From: the human T2T-CHM13v2.0 reference genome, Homo sapiens
Direction: 5' to 3' (one strand)
NCBI RefSeq assembly: GCF_009914755.1
Contig: NC_060944.1
Length of the DNA stretch: 64,000 nucleotides
The notes under the pieces are model-generated. The model saw nothing but the letters and a program-made list of their open reading frames with translations, did no database searches and was not told the DNA's origin. This document shows, piece by piece, positions 14,521 through 33,268 of the stretch; the first letter of the stretch is position 1; every line of letters starts with the position of its first letter. A program made the position numbers and the translations under genes.

Positions 14521-17500
14521 CCTAGAACCCAAGGGATTCATTGGCACCTCTTAGAACTCCTTTGTACAATAGTCTTGATCAATGAAAAACTGTGGGAACC
14601 CCATAAAGGAAAGATTGTGAAGGGCTCAGACTGCACAGGAATGAAAGTTTGGATCACCTCGTCAGGTGAAGCACTCCATCTGACTGGCAGAAGGTAATGG
14701 AAACATAGAAAGGATGCCAGGAGAAGGCAGCTATGGTTATCACCTTGAACTTCATGACCAGCCACACAGAGGGGGTCTGTAGTCGCTGTTTTATGTTAGT
14801 TGTCTCTTTCCTCCCTTCTTCCACAATTGAATATGAGGAACATTGGTGATGGCTAGCATTTTAGCTTTTGGGTATGTGACCAACTGACACCCACAATGAT
14901 TTGGTGACCAGGAGGACTCATGCAACCCCGTAATGGGACATGGACTTTTCATGCGGACAGAACCCAAGAGTGAATGTTGAGGGATGGATTTGAATTTCTT
15001 TCTTTCCCCTTTTGAACCTACTTACCCCCTCTTCTGTGCCCTGCTTTATACCTCAGAAAACCAAATGTATGGGTTGTATCAACGGTTATCTTGCTTTCTG
15101 GCTTCTCCTTGGAACCAGCCCATGGGGCACAGAGGGAGATTAGAGGAAAGACTGGGACTAAGGTTTGGGTATTTATTCCCCATCTTCCTCTGGTTGTGTC
15201 TCCACAGTCTGCATGGATGCCTCAATTTGCTCCTTTCAGGATACCCCTTCCATATAGATCTCTGTTCCAGTAACCAGCCCCTCCCCTTGGTCCTTCACAT
15301 TAAGGGGTGTTTTATTATACGATGCATTTCCATTCATTCAACAAATATCCATTGAAGACCTCTCCTGTGTCAGGCACTAGTAAGAAAAAGGCACAACGCT
15401 TTTTCCTCGTAGAGCCTAATGTCTAGAGGGGAGAGAAACATTGAATAATGTCACAATTAAATACATACCTACAGATTATGATAAAAGCTATGACAGAGTT
15501 AAGTACAAGATCTGCGATGAAGATTTGAGGTGAAGGGAATCCACACATGTGGACCAGCACATGTGAGTGCTTTGGGGGCAGTAAGGAGCTCAGTGTCAGC
15601 TTTGCTGACAGTAAGAGGGAGAGAAGCTTGACTTGACAAGGTTTCTCAGTGAATTAGCTCTGGGGAGGGAGTTGTGGGAAAAAGAGGAGACTCCTTAGAC
15701 ATGAAAAGTAAAGTACATTGGAGTTAAACATACTTTTGGCCTCTCCATGTCCTCCTTTTACTTTACTGCTGAATTGAAAGAACACCGAAGATGTGCTCAT
15801 TTTGCTTGATGAATTAATATGCTAAAGTAGGCAGTAAAGAGGAAATCAGTAGCAGGGAGAGAAAATTGTGCAAAAGGACAGAAATGATGAATCATGAATG
15901 ATGCACTCTCTACTGGACAATACTTAGCAGAAATAGCAAATTAAGAAGGATGCGTCTTTAGAATAAAAGTTAATAGCAGAAGGAAGCAAGAATGTGCAAA
16001 ATTATGATGAATCAGAAGTTTTGTGACCTACATTTAATAATACTTTTCAGGAATGTGATATTAAATCAGGAGTATTAGACCAGTAGTTCCCAAACTCACA
16101 CGGCATCAGAATTACCTTGGATCTTATAAAATCATGTTGTATACTTTAAATATACACAGTAAAATTTTTTTAAAAAGGAACATTATATAGAATTTACAAA
16201 AAAGACTTACCTTGGGAGCTTAATTTATTTATAAAGTTTAGTTTTTTGGGAAGGCTCTAGAATCTGAATTCTTGGTGTACTGGTACTAGTGAGCTACTGC
16301 CTCAGGTGATTTGGCTAAAAAAAGAAATCCGTGGCTTATCAATGATAGACAATGTATTAAACAAGTACTGAAATGCATGCCCATTTTCTTCAGCATCTGC
16401 TGTTGTTATATGACATCTGAGATATCTTAGGACAGCCCAGGTAGCAGTACTTGTTGATTTTGAAATGTAAAGCTCACTGAATGGGGGTAGAAATTTCCCT
16501 CCAAACACAAAACCCAGGTCTCGATGACAATTAGGTGGGCTCAGTTCTCCCTTCCCCATGATTCAGCTGTGGAGTGCAGCTGGTCTGACAAGAGGCAGGT
16601 GTTGGCAAGGAATTGGATCCTGAGAGGGGTGTGGTCTACAGTGTTTTGCTGGATCTTCTCTTCCTCTGGGTAAGACAACTTACCCCAATCCTCATTGCTA
16701 CCACCACTGATATCTTTATGAAAGTCCCTGGGGTTGGGGGGATGAGAGCCAAGGAAGTGCCACAGGCAAGTCTGTGGTGGGGGAAGCAGTTACCCCTCCA
16801 GGCTCTGGATGCTTCTTGTTCTTCAAACCAGCTGCATGGTACCTCCTCAGAGATGCAGCTGGCCATGCCTCCCCACCTAGTGGACCAAGTACCATTTGAT
16901 CCCTCAGAGGTCTCAACCCTGGCTGCAGAAATTTTAGAAGAAGAGTGCCAGTCACACAGCTCCCACCTCTCTGTTCCCCCAGAGGTGTGAGCACTATGTG
17001 TGCCTGGGCCCCTTGTCTTAACTCCTGGGTTCTGGTAACCCCAAATCTTTTATACTCCCAAATCTAGGAGTGAGGGATTCTAATATTCATGTAACCAATT
17101 CTCAGTATTAAATCCTCTCTGAGTGAAAGCTTGGCTCTTTCAGTTCTTATACTGGGAATACTGGTTTTAACTCCCACCAAGACTTCCCTAGTAGGGAGTC
17201 CTAGTAGGAATTAGATTTAGGTACTGAATATTAAAAATCGAAATCACAAATAGTCACTATATCCATCCTGATTTCCAACTAGTCTGTGGGATCTGGCAAC
17301 ACTTTGCCACCCTTCAGACCTGGTTAGCTCCAGTTTTGTTACTCATTTGCTGTGTGATTTTAGACAAGTCCATTTCCCCTACTAGAAGCTTCCATTTGTG
17401 TATGTGTTTTTAAAAAGAGAGGGATTGGGGCTGCTGGAGTTTTCTAGGCCCCTCAGCTTAGACACTCCCTGCATTTCCAAATGATTTAAGCTTCCTCTGG

Positions 17501-18601
17501 GCATTTTTGGCTCTGGAGACAGCTCCAAAGAGAGAAGAAGGAGAAGAAGACGAGAGGTCCTGGATATGCGTGGTACCATGGGAAACACCTGAAGATTCCA
17601 CTTGAGATGTCTTCTGGGATCTAATGGACAGAGTCATGAGCAAACAGTCAGTGATAAAGAGACCCAACGTACTCCAGCCCCACTGAGGTCTTGCAAGGCA
17701 GGGGTTCTCAGTGCTCAGCCCTGAGGGCTTTGAGTTCATTCTTGAGCAGAGCAGTGATCAGATATTGCTCACCACACGGCACATTCTGAACATTTCCAAG
17801 GGCCTCTTTGGTCCATGGGTGTCGGGGACAGAATGATTCTGTTCCATTCATTCATGTATGTCAACCCCAATCAAGGATTGAAGAGTGCCGGTGAGAAGGA
17901 CAAGCACTAGGTGCTTATCAGATTTGGCAGAGTCCTTGAGCTGCTGTATTTTCTCAAATTTAGAAATACACTTTGACATCATTAGTCCATCGTCTTCATC
18001 TTAGAAATGCAAAACTGAGGCCCCAAGGGGAGCATCCCTCCACCCTATCCTGTTCCAACCACAGCATACATTCAACCAGGGGTAAAGCTGGGATTCAGAT
18101 TTGGATCTCTTTATTCCCAGACACGTGCTCTTCCCATAGGATGCAGACCAAAGATGACTGGTTAGTAATTTGGTCTGAATCTTAAGGATGCACAGGACTG
18201 GGATAGGCTTCCCGGGAGCAAAGAACAATTCTCACAGAGGTATGGAGGCAAGAGCAAATGTCAACATGGGGAGATACCACACATGGGGACAATGTGGCTG
18301 GACAGACACTTTCCAAAACTGCCAAATGAGCAGCCTTTTCAGGGTCTTCATCACGACCCTGACCTGACCCTCCCACTTCCAAGGATTCTAACATCTTCAC
18401 CTACTCTCCTTCTACACCAGAAACAGGCACCATAGACTTCTTTTGTTAATGGCAAGACATTTGTCACAATTTTATTGTAATCACTCAGAATATTCCAGAA
18501 TACTATTGATCTTCTTTCATACTGTGGCAAACACTTTAAAAACATTATGTCTTGTCTATTTGGGGAGTTACTTTCTAACAATTGCATTAAACCTCATTTT
18601 C

Positions 18602-18905
<304 letters not shown>

Positions 18906-18949
18906 TCATTTTTCTCAGTAATTATTTGGACTTAGCTGTAAAATTTTTA

Positions 18950-22790
<3,841 letters not shown>

Positions 22791-23065
22791 ACAATCAGTT
22801 TTACCAGCCCTTTCTAAAGAGAGGGAAGCAGAGATGGCAACAGCATCAACAGCAAATGAATTCCAGCCTCTTTAGAGCCCCTTGATCCAAGTTATATTAA
22901 ACAACAAACTTATTTGACAAGAGATAGCAAGTCTTGGTGTGCTGTGATGACAAGCTGCCTGTTGTGAGGTTCCCTTCTCAAGCCTGGCATCCTCTTATCT
23001 TGCCCAGTCCTATGGGCGTCTCTTTCTTCTTTCTCTCTCCCTATCCTTCCTTCTACTCCCTTTTC

Positions 23066-23366
23066 ATCTTTTTTTTCTTTCTTTTTTTTTTTTTGAGACC
23101 AAATCTCGCTCTGGAGTGCAGTGGCGCAATCTCAGCTCACTGCAACCTCCGCCTCCCGGGCTGAAGAGATTCTCCTGCCCCAGCCTCCCGAGTAGGTGGT
23201 ATTACAGGTGCCCGCCACTATGTCTGGCTAATTTTTGTATTTTTAGTAGAGACAGGGTTTTGCCGTTTTGGCCAGGCTGGTCTTGAACTTCTGACTTCAA
23301 GTTATCTGCCTGCCTTGGACTCCCAAAGTGCCTGGGATTACAGCTGTGAGCCACTGCTCCTAGCCC
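23066..23366 (-). mobile_element. Alu
   Basis: Antisense Alu consensus. Confidence 0.9.
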
Positions 23367-23384
23367 GTTTCCATCTTTGATCAC

Positions 23385-23905
23385 CTATTCTGTGAATAAA
23401 TTTTCTGAAAACTTAGCACTTTAAAGCAACCATTTTATATTGTGGGTCAGCCATCTGGGAAGCAATCTGCTTGGTGGTTCTTTTATAGGGTCTTTCCCAT
23501 GGTTGCAGTCAGATGTCTGCTGGGGCTGCAGCCATCTGAAGGCTCTATTGGGTTGGGCATCTCATTTGCATGGCTGAAATTGATGCTGGCTATCAGTCAG
23601 AGCTTATCTGGGCCTGCTGATCACAGCACCCACATGGGTCTCTCTAGCATGGGCCTCTCTCAGAGTAGTTGGACATCTTACATGGCAGTTTCCCACTGCC
23701 CCCAAACAAGCTACATAAGAGGATCAACTGGGACTTGCACTTATTCTAGCTTAGCCTTGGAGGTCACATAGCATCATTTTTGCTTTATTCTCTTGGTCAA
23801 AGCAGTCACAGAGTTTTCTCAGATTCAAAAGGAGGGGACATAGATCCCACTTCTAGGTGGAAGGTGAGTGAAAGAATTTTAGGACCTTGCTTTAAAACAG
23901 TCACA
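23385..23905. mobile_element. Old MaLR (MLT1-type) LTR
   Basis: Resembles the recalled MLT1 consensus (GGCTGCAGCCATCTGAAGGCTC; CTAGCCTTGGAGGTCACATAGCATCA-like). Confidence 0.6.
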
Positions 23906-24085
23906 CCATCCAGTGTGTTTTCCTCCTTCACCCCTTTCTTCTCCCTTCCTCTTTAACTCTTCTCTGCTTTCCTCCATCTCCCCCTTTCATGCCTGTCCAG
24001 CTATTTTCAATTTTGGAGTTTCTGCACCATACTATGGAACTGTCTTCTTTACTACAACTCCAGTAAACAAGTCCATGAGCCCTTT

Positions 24086-25845
<1,760 letters not shown>

Positions 25846-26072
25846 GCTCCATTCTTCAGCATCTTAACGACAACTTTACCAAAGTAACAATGTCACTAGC
25901 ATTCTCAATTTGCAGGATTTTCATACTCTCTCCCTTTTTTGGTGTCACCAGAAAATGCAATGGCTTTTTGTTCTCTGAAAATTGCATATAGAGAGATGTG
26001 AGTGTATGTCAATATCAGCATATTGCAGATGTGAATTATTCAGCCTCGGAGAGATCGGACCCCACAGAGCAC

Positions 26073-26078
26073 TTTATT
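26073..26078 (-). terminator. WFDC6: WFDC6 polyadenylation signal AATAAA
   Basis: TTTATT on the plus strand, about 250 nt after the stop codon. Confidence 0.7.
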
Positions 26079-26325
26079 AAGGCAACTGAAGCCTTCATAC
26101 AAATAAATGGGGGGTCTGAAAGTTGAAGACATAGAGTTTCATACTGAGAAGTGGTCAAGGGGAAGAGCATTGTGTTTGAAGAGATGCTACGCTGGAAGAA
26201 AGTGTGTAAGCAATTCCTGGGGTTCAGTTTCTGGAACAGCCAAGGTTTGGCCCGTGGAAGCCAATTTGGAGCATCAATCAGGCACACGTGGAGAGAGGCC
26301 TGGATTATGAGCCAAATCCTGGAGG

Positions 26326-26364
26326 TTATTCAAGCTCCTCCTTATGGTATAAAGTAAGGCTGAC
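26326..26364 (-). CDS. WFDC6: WFDC6 terminal exon (VSLTLYHKEELE*)
   Basis: Acceptor tcacag, phase 0. 91+131+39 = 261 nt = 86 aa + stop. Homologous to EPPIN exon 4 and its 3'UTR. Confidence 0.85.
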   Translation of the reverse strand, partial: VSLTLYHKEELE

Positions 26365-26921
26365 CTGTGAAGCAGAAGAATAAAGGGTGAGATGCTTGGA
26401 CCCTGACCACATTAGGAACCAAATCTTGCACCTAATGGGAAAAAGGAGGTGGGATCATTTTTACATCTTTGGGCAGGAATGGAATGAAGGTGAGTTTGGG
26501 GGCTCCTAGAATGATCATGAGTTCTGACTTGTCCAGTAGAGTCCCAGTTTATGCCTGTTGTCTCAGTGTAATAATTAATGGCACCTCACCTTGAGACACT
26601 TTCAAAAGTGATTTGGTTTGGCCAATAAAGTATGTGGTTGCCCTGGTTAGAAATAACCTTTCAAAGGAAGAGAAGTAGCAACAAGGTTTAGTGAGAAGTA
26701 AAGGACTATAATGATTGGCTGATGAATGGTGCCCAGGGCTGGGCTGGGTTTACCGGGCTTCCGTCTGACCTGGTCTGGGATACTCCACCACTTCTGTTTT
26801 CTCTCTACACCCACTACTCACCTCATACTTGCCAATATCCCTTTGACTAATCCCTCCCTTCCCACCCTCTTTCCCAAAATATCCTTCTACTTATACTTCT
26901 GCATTGGAGCTGGTTTTGTCA

Positions 26922-27302
<381 letters not shown>

Positions 27303-28223
27303 TCAGGGCTTTGTTCCCAATTCAGTGTGAACCCTGACCACTCATTTTACCTCTCTGGTCCTTGACTTCCTCATCTGTAAGATGAGAATACAAAATCCCA
27401 ACCTGCTCGCCTAACAGGGCTGTTGGAAGGAGCAGCTGTGACATCACATGGCTTCTTTTTCCTTGCCTCCCCAACATCTGAACACTAAATCTGGCTGATT
27501 TTGCCTCCTAAATAGCTCTCCTTTATTTCCTTCCGGCTGCTTTCTTAATTCAAGCATAATTATCTTTTGCAAGGACTCCATGAAAGGCCACCAGCTGATC
27601 TCCAAGACTTCTCCAATCTGCTCAACATTGGTTTCCAGAATGGCCGATCTGCTGGGCACAGGATAAAGTTCTACCAAACCCAGAGGGACTTCAGAATCCA
27701 TTTTCTCCTTCTCCTCTCCAGCTTTATTTCTTATGCTGCCCCAACACCCAACTTCCCAAACTTATGCTCTAAAAATAGCACTTTCTTACACACCCCGTGC
27801 CTTTGCACATGCCTGACATATCCAGCCCCCTCTTGCTAAGTGAACTCTTGTTCATTCTTTAAAACCCTTTCCGGACATTGACTCTTTTATGCAGTCTTTC
27901 CTGGATTCATTCTTTACTCTTTGCTTTTCTTCGTTGCTTCTCAGTCTTGCACACACATTTATCATTTCCATTTACTTTCTTGTTCATATTTTCTGATTCC
28001 TCCATGAGAATGTGAGGTTTTTGAGAGGGGATTGCATCTTATGCCATCTTGATACAGCAGTTTCTAGCAGGTAATTTGGCATAGAGAGGATGCTTCAGGA
28101 GTATTCACAGAAAAAAAAAAACCCAAAACTCAAATCTACCCTGATCTTAAGCATTTATTGAGCAATTATTTTGCCCATAGTGCTATGAGGTACAAATAGA
28201 GTTCTTTAGAACCTCAGGTCTGA

Positions 28224-28298
28224 AGCACGACAAAACAACAATTGTAGCATTGATTAGTGTCAGCACAACAAAACAACAATTATAGCATTGATTAGTGT
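28224..28298. repeat. 38-bp-period tandem duplication
   Basis: AGCAC(G/A)ACAAAACAACAATT(G/A)TAGCATTGATTAGTGT occurs twice. Confidence 0.85.
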
Positions 28299-28521
28299 TC
28301 TTAGTAGTTGACATGTATTAATATTTAATCTTGTAAAGTAGGTCCTCTCATTGTTCTCATTATGCAGATGAGAAAACTAAGGTTTAGAGAGGCTAAATAA
28401 CTTTCTTGAGGCCACACAGATGGTAAGGGATTTGAACATAGGTTAATCCATTGCTGTTAGGATCAAGACCAGATCCCTTACCAGCTCTCCTTCCCCCAAC
28501 TAGCCCAGCTTCATCTTCCTC

Positions 28522-28905
28522 TCTTTTTAAAATTTGTTACTTGTTTATTTATCAAGAGAAACTATTTCTCAGCCCACATATTCATGCTTCATGGTTCAGG
28601 AACACAAGTCAGTGACAAACTTTAACCCAAAGAAATTCTTTCAATTCCAAAATCACTTTGTACTCTGAAAGATACCAGCCTTCCTCATCTCCTGAAAATC
28701 TGTTATAGAATTACAATTTCTCTAGAAATCTGTGTATGCCTTATTTCTTGGTTCAGCAACAGCGAACCTATAGAGAGCTGCAATCCATAGGGATGCAACA
28801 AATGTTTAAACAATATGAAACCACAGATGCCTGGCTGGAAGGCCACACATTTGAGGTTTTATCAAAGCACTGAAAACCTAGTTATTGTCTTGAAAGGTAT
28901 GTCAA
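28522..28905 (-). pseudogene. COX6C processed pseudogene
   Basis: 28880-28653 reads [72 protein letters not shown] (76 codons, intronless). AATAAA at 28549-28544 and an A-tail remnant follow. Confidence 0.92.
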
Positions 28906-29389
28906 CCTAAAGTAACAAGATTCAGAAAATATCATTAAGTAGGGCATTTATTTGACCCCAAAACTTGAGGATGGCCACTTGGGAATACAGATTCAAGTTG
29001 CCCTGAATATACACTACCAGTTTCCTGTTTCTTGTCTCTTGCTCACTCTCTGCTTTCTAGCCTTTCTAGACCTGAACATCCTGCCTCCTGCCACAGAGCC
29101 TTTGCACATCCTATTATCTGGCCTGAAAGGCTATTTCTTCCCATTTTTGGTCTAAGTACTCATCTTTCAGATCTTAAATCATGGATCTCTTTCCCAGAAA
29201 AACTTTTCTGACCTTCCTGGCCACAATGAGCAAGTGGAACCCATCATGGGTGTCAGGGGCACCAATCAATATTTGTTGAATGAATAGAATGAACGAATGG
29301 TCCTTGATGATCTTCTTTAGAGCTCAATAATATGGGCAGAGAAGAAAGAGTGTAGGCGGTCTAAGGTGGTCAGGGAAGGCATCCTGGAT

Positions 29390-29407
29390 TTATGTAGACA
29401 GAGAGGC
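29390..29407 (-). CDS. EPPIN-WFDC6: Alternative terminal exon (ASLST*) of WFDC6 / EPPIN-WFDC6 read-through
   Basis: Strong acceptor ttttttctctag|GCC TCT CTG TCT ACA TAA, phase 0 after WFDC6 exon 2. Matches the recalled C-terminus of the 179-aa read-through protein. Confidence 0.7.
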   Translation of the reverse strand, partial: ASLST

Positions 29408-29745
29408 CTAGAGAAAAAAGCCAGGAAATACAGATTATATACCTGTCTCTTATAGCTATCATATAACCTGACACAATGTTGGCATTTGATGAGACTTTGG
29501 TGACTACTTGGCATCTCGAGAATCACTGAAGAGTAGCCAAGAGACCATGTGGTCCATTATCCACACCTGTCTTATGGAAAGGGAAACTGAGGCCCAGAAA
29601 GGAAAACTACATTGTTCACATCACTTACCAAAATAGAGGAAGAAATGAAATAAAATCCATGTCTCCCAAGTCCAGGACTGGCAGATTTGTGTCAAGTAGA
29701 AGATGTACCTAAACTCTTGGTCAGAGACCAGCCATCAGTGAACTA

Positions 29746-29976
<231 letters not shown>

Positions 29977-31006
29977 TCAAGGCCTTAAAGGAGCCAGTGC
30001 TCCCCCTCCCCGAGACCAGGGCACCCCTCCAGAGTTAGAGAACTTTGTTTCCACTTCACCTATCCCCAGAAGGTAGTGGCCCTCAGGGGGCTCAGGAATT
30101 TCACAACACTGCTCACATCCCCAACCCCATAACAACTCACCATCGGATGCCTAAACCAACCCCTACCCCCTACCCGCACCATCTATGAGATTCCTGAGAG
30201 AAAGACGCATTCCTCTAAGACTGTTCTGGTCACTCAGCCTTGCTGTGCTTGGTTGCTCCCCCAGGAGGTGCTGTGGCTCTCGATGATTGAGATTAACATT
30301 TCTGGCATCAGATAGCTGGGCTTTTGAATTCTGTGAGACGCTTGGTGTGCCAGGCACTCTCTCTGAGCCTTGATTTCCTCATTTGCCCATAGGGTTGCTT
30401 TGAAGACTAACCAGCAACACAGTTTGACAAGCCATCGTCAAACTGCCTGGGGCAATGTAACGTAACAATGAGTAATATGGATGAAGCACTTACTGTGAGC
30501 TGCCTTGTCTCCTTAATCCTCATTACAAATCTATGGGTAAGTACTCTTAATATTCACATTTTGTAAACAGAAGAATTGGAAGCATAAGGAGATTATGTGA
30601 ATTTGCCCAAGATCACACAGCTACTCAGGGGTGGAGCCAGGTTTGAACCTACAATGTGTGGCTCCTGAGTGCTCACTTTCAACCACTAATTTTCAGTGCC
30701 CAGTACAGTTAGCTGCTAATTGTGAGTCTTCACATTTCAGCATTCCAAGGGACTTCTGGAGACCATTCTTTAACCCAAAGACCAGGGTCCTCTGTGGGTA
30801 TGGGTGTGGGGGCTGCAATGAGAACATTTGGAAGTTGACACAGGTGGTGTTGTGGGGAGCAGCCTGTTTTTCTTGTGGGAGACTTCCTTGGGCTTACTAC
30901 TCCTTCTTAGTTCATTTCATGAGCTCTAGGTCCAGGCACCTCCAGGAAGAACTCTTTGGAATGGCAGCAAGGAGTCACTTGCCACAGATTTGGATGCCTG
31001 TATTCA

Positions 31007-31363
<357 letters not shown>

Positions 31364-31827
31364 TTAAGAGACAGCCCTGGAGACAAGCCAGCCAGACTCC
31401 CCGATCAGGAACACCAGATCCCTGAGGCCATCAGTGGGACTACCTGGTACCTACACTGGGGGATAGGTGGCTCCTAATCCTCAGCAATCTGAGGCTTTCT
31501 GGTCTACCAGGGAAAGAGGGCACATGTTGTCTTGGGCTTTCCAGGCTCCCTTAGCAGAAGGGGAGGTTTAACTCCAGAGTCTTCCATTTCCCAGGGGGAG
31601 TTTGCAGGTTAACAGTATGCTAGCTCTCTTCCTTCTTTCTAATTTCACTCTTCTCCTGACATGTCTATTCTTATGTTTTATTTTTCTCACTCTGTTTCTT
31701 CTCTTTTCTGTGCATCTGTATGTCTTTTACTCTGTGCCTGTCTTTTTCTCAGGGAGTCTCTGTCTGTCTGAGTCTCTTTCTCCCCGCCCTTCACTTCCCT
31801 CTCTCTTCTTTCGTATGTAAAGATCAG

Positions 31828-32140
31828 TTACATTTATCCTTTAAGTCGTTTGATTTTGCAACAGTAAATAACTTCTTTCATTACTTTGGGACTTCTCCAA
31901 CTCTGTTCTCCGTTTTTCCCTGTTGTCACAGCTACAGCATTGGATTAAAAGTCACACCCTGAAGCATTAACGCTTGAGCATCTGTACCAAGTTTTATATC
32001 CTTGGTATAAGCCCGAAGGAGGTGAGGAGCCAGTTACCTGGGCATCAGTTCCATCTGGCAAAGGACTGTGGGTAATGGAAGCATTTCTGCAGGGTGGCAG
32101 CAGGGTGTGTGTGCAGCAAGGCATGTCATCAGTGGTGAGT
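31828..32140 (-). pseudogene. HSPD1 (HSP60) retrocopy, 5' fragment only (probably HSPD1P21)
   Basis: ATG at 32084: [68 protein letters not shown] versus HSP60 [44 protein letters not shown]. Confidence 0.9.
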
Positions 32141-32385
32141 GAGAAGTTCATTCCTTTTTATGGCCGAATAATAGCCAATGCACATTGACAGCCTCCTACC
32201 TCTAGCATCAGTCCCTAATTTTCTGCTGTGGGTTTTCTCTGGCCCCCAGGGAGCTTGTATAGCTTGCAAGTATAACAGTTTGAAAGAGCGAGGGATTTAG
32301 TATCCCTGGCATCCAGTGGGCGTTGGGAATCAGTGGACAAATAGCTTAGCTTTCCCATCACTGGAGACAGATTAAGAAAATTTGT

Positions 32386-33268
32386 GGTCTGATATCCAGA
32401 ATCTACAAGGAACTTAAACAAATTTACAAGAAAAAAAACAAACAACCCCATTGAAAAGTGGGCAAAGGACATGAACAGACACTTCTCAAAAGAAGACATT
32501 TATGCGGCCAACAAACATATGAAAAAAAGCTCAACACCAGTGATCATCAGAGAAATGCAAATCAAAACCACAATGAGATACCATCTCATGCCAGTCAGAA
32601 TGGTGATTATTAAAAAGTCCAGAAACAACAGATGCTGGTAAAGCTGTGGAGAAACATGAATGCTTTTACACTGTTGGGAATGTAAATTGGTTCAACCATT
32701 GTGGAAGAGAGTGTGCCAATTCCTGAAAGATCTAGAACCAGAAATACCATTTGACCCAGCAATCCCATTACTGGGTATACACTCAAAGGAATATAAATCA
32801 TTCTTTTATAAAGATACATGCATGTGTATGTTCACTGCAGCACTATTTACAATAGCAAAAACATGGAATCAAACCAAATATCCATCAACGATAGGCTGGA
32901 TAAAGAAAATGTGGTACATATATGCCATGGAATACTATGCAGCCATAAAAAGAAATGAGATCACGTCCTTTGCAGGGACATGGATGAAGCTGGAAGCCGT
33001 TATCCTCAGCAAAGTAACGCAGGAACAAAAGTAAATACCACATGTTCTCACTTGCAAGTGGGAGATGAACAATGAGAACACGTGGACTGTTGAGGGGGCA
33101 GGGGGAGGGAAAGCATCAGGATAAATAGCTAATGCATGCGGGGCTTAATACCCAGGTAATGGGTTGATAGGTGCAGCAAACCACCATGGCACAGGCTTAC
33201 CTATGTAACAAACCTGCAGGTCCTGCACATGTATCCCGGAACGTAAAATAAAATAAAATATTTTTAAA
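32386..33268 (+). mobile_element. 5'-truncated L1PA
   Basis: ORF2 C-terminus ([15 protein letters not shown]...), 3'UTR and A-tail. TSD AAGAAAATTTGT at 32374-32385 and 33269-33280. Confidence 0.92.

Noticed and set aside
16345-16480. Minus-strand frame KYCYLGCPKISQMSYNNSRC*RKWAC as a possible Kunitz relic partnering the 17.5-kb leader
   Set aside because: Only the YxGC-x12-C spacing fits. There is no GN-NNF motif, no N-terminal half and no matching splice phase, so chance is likely.
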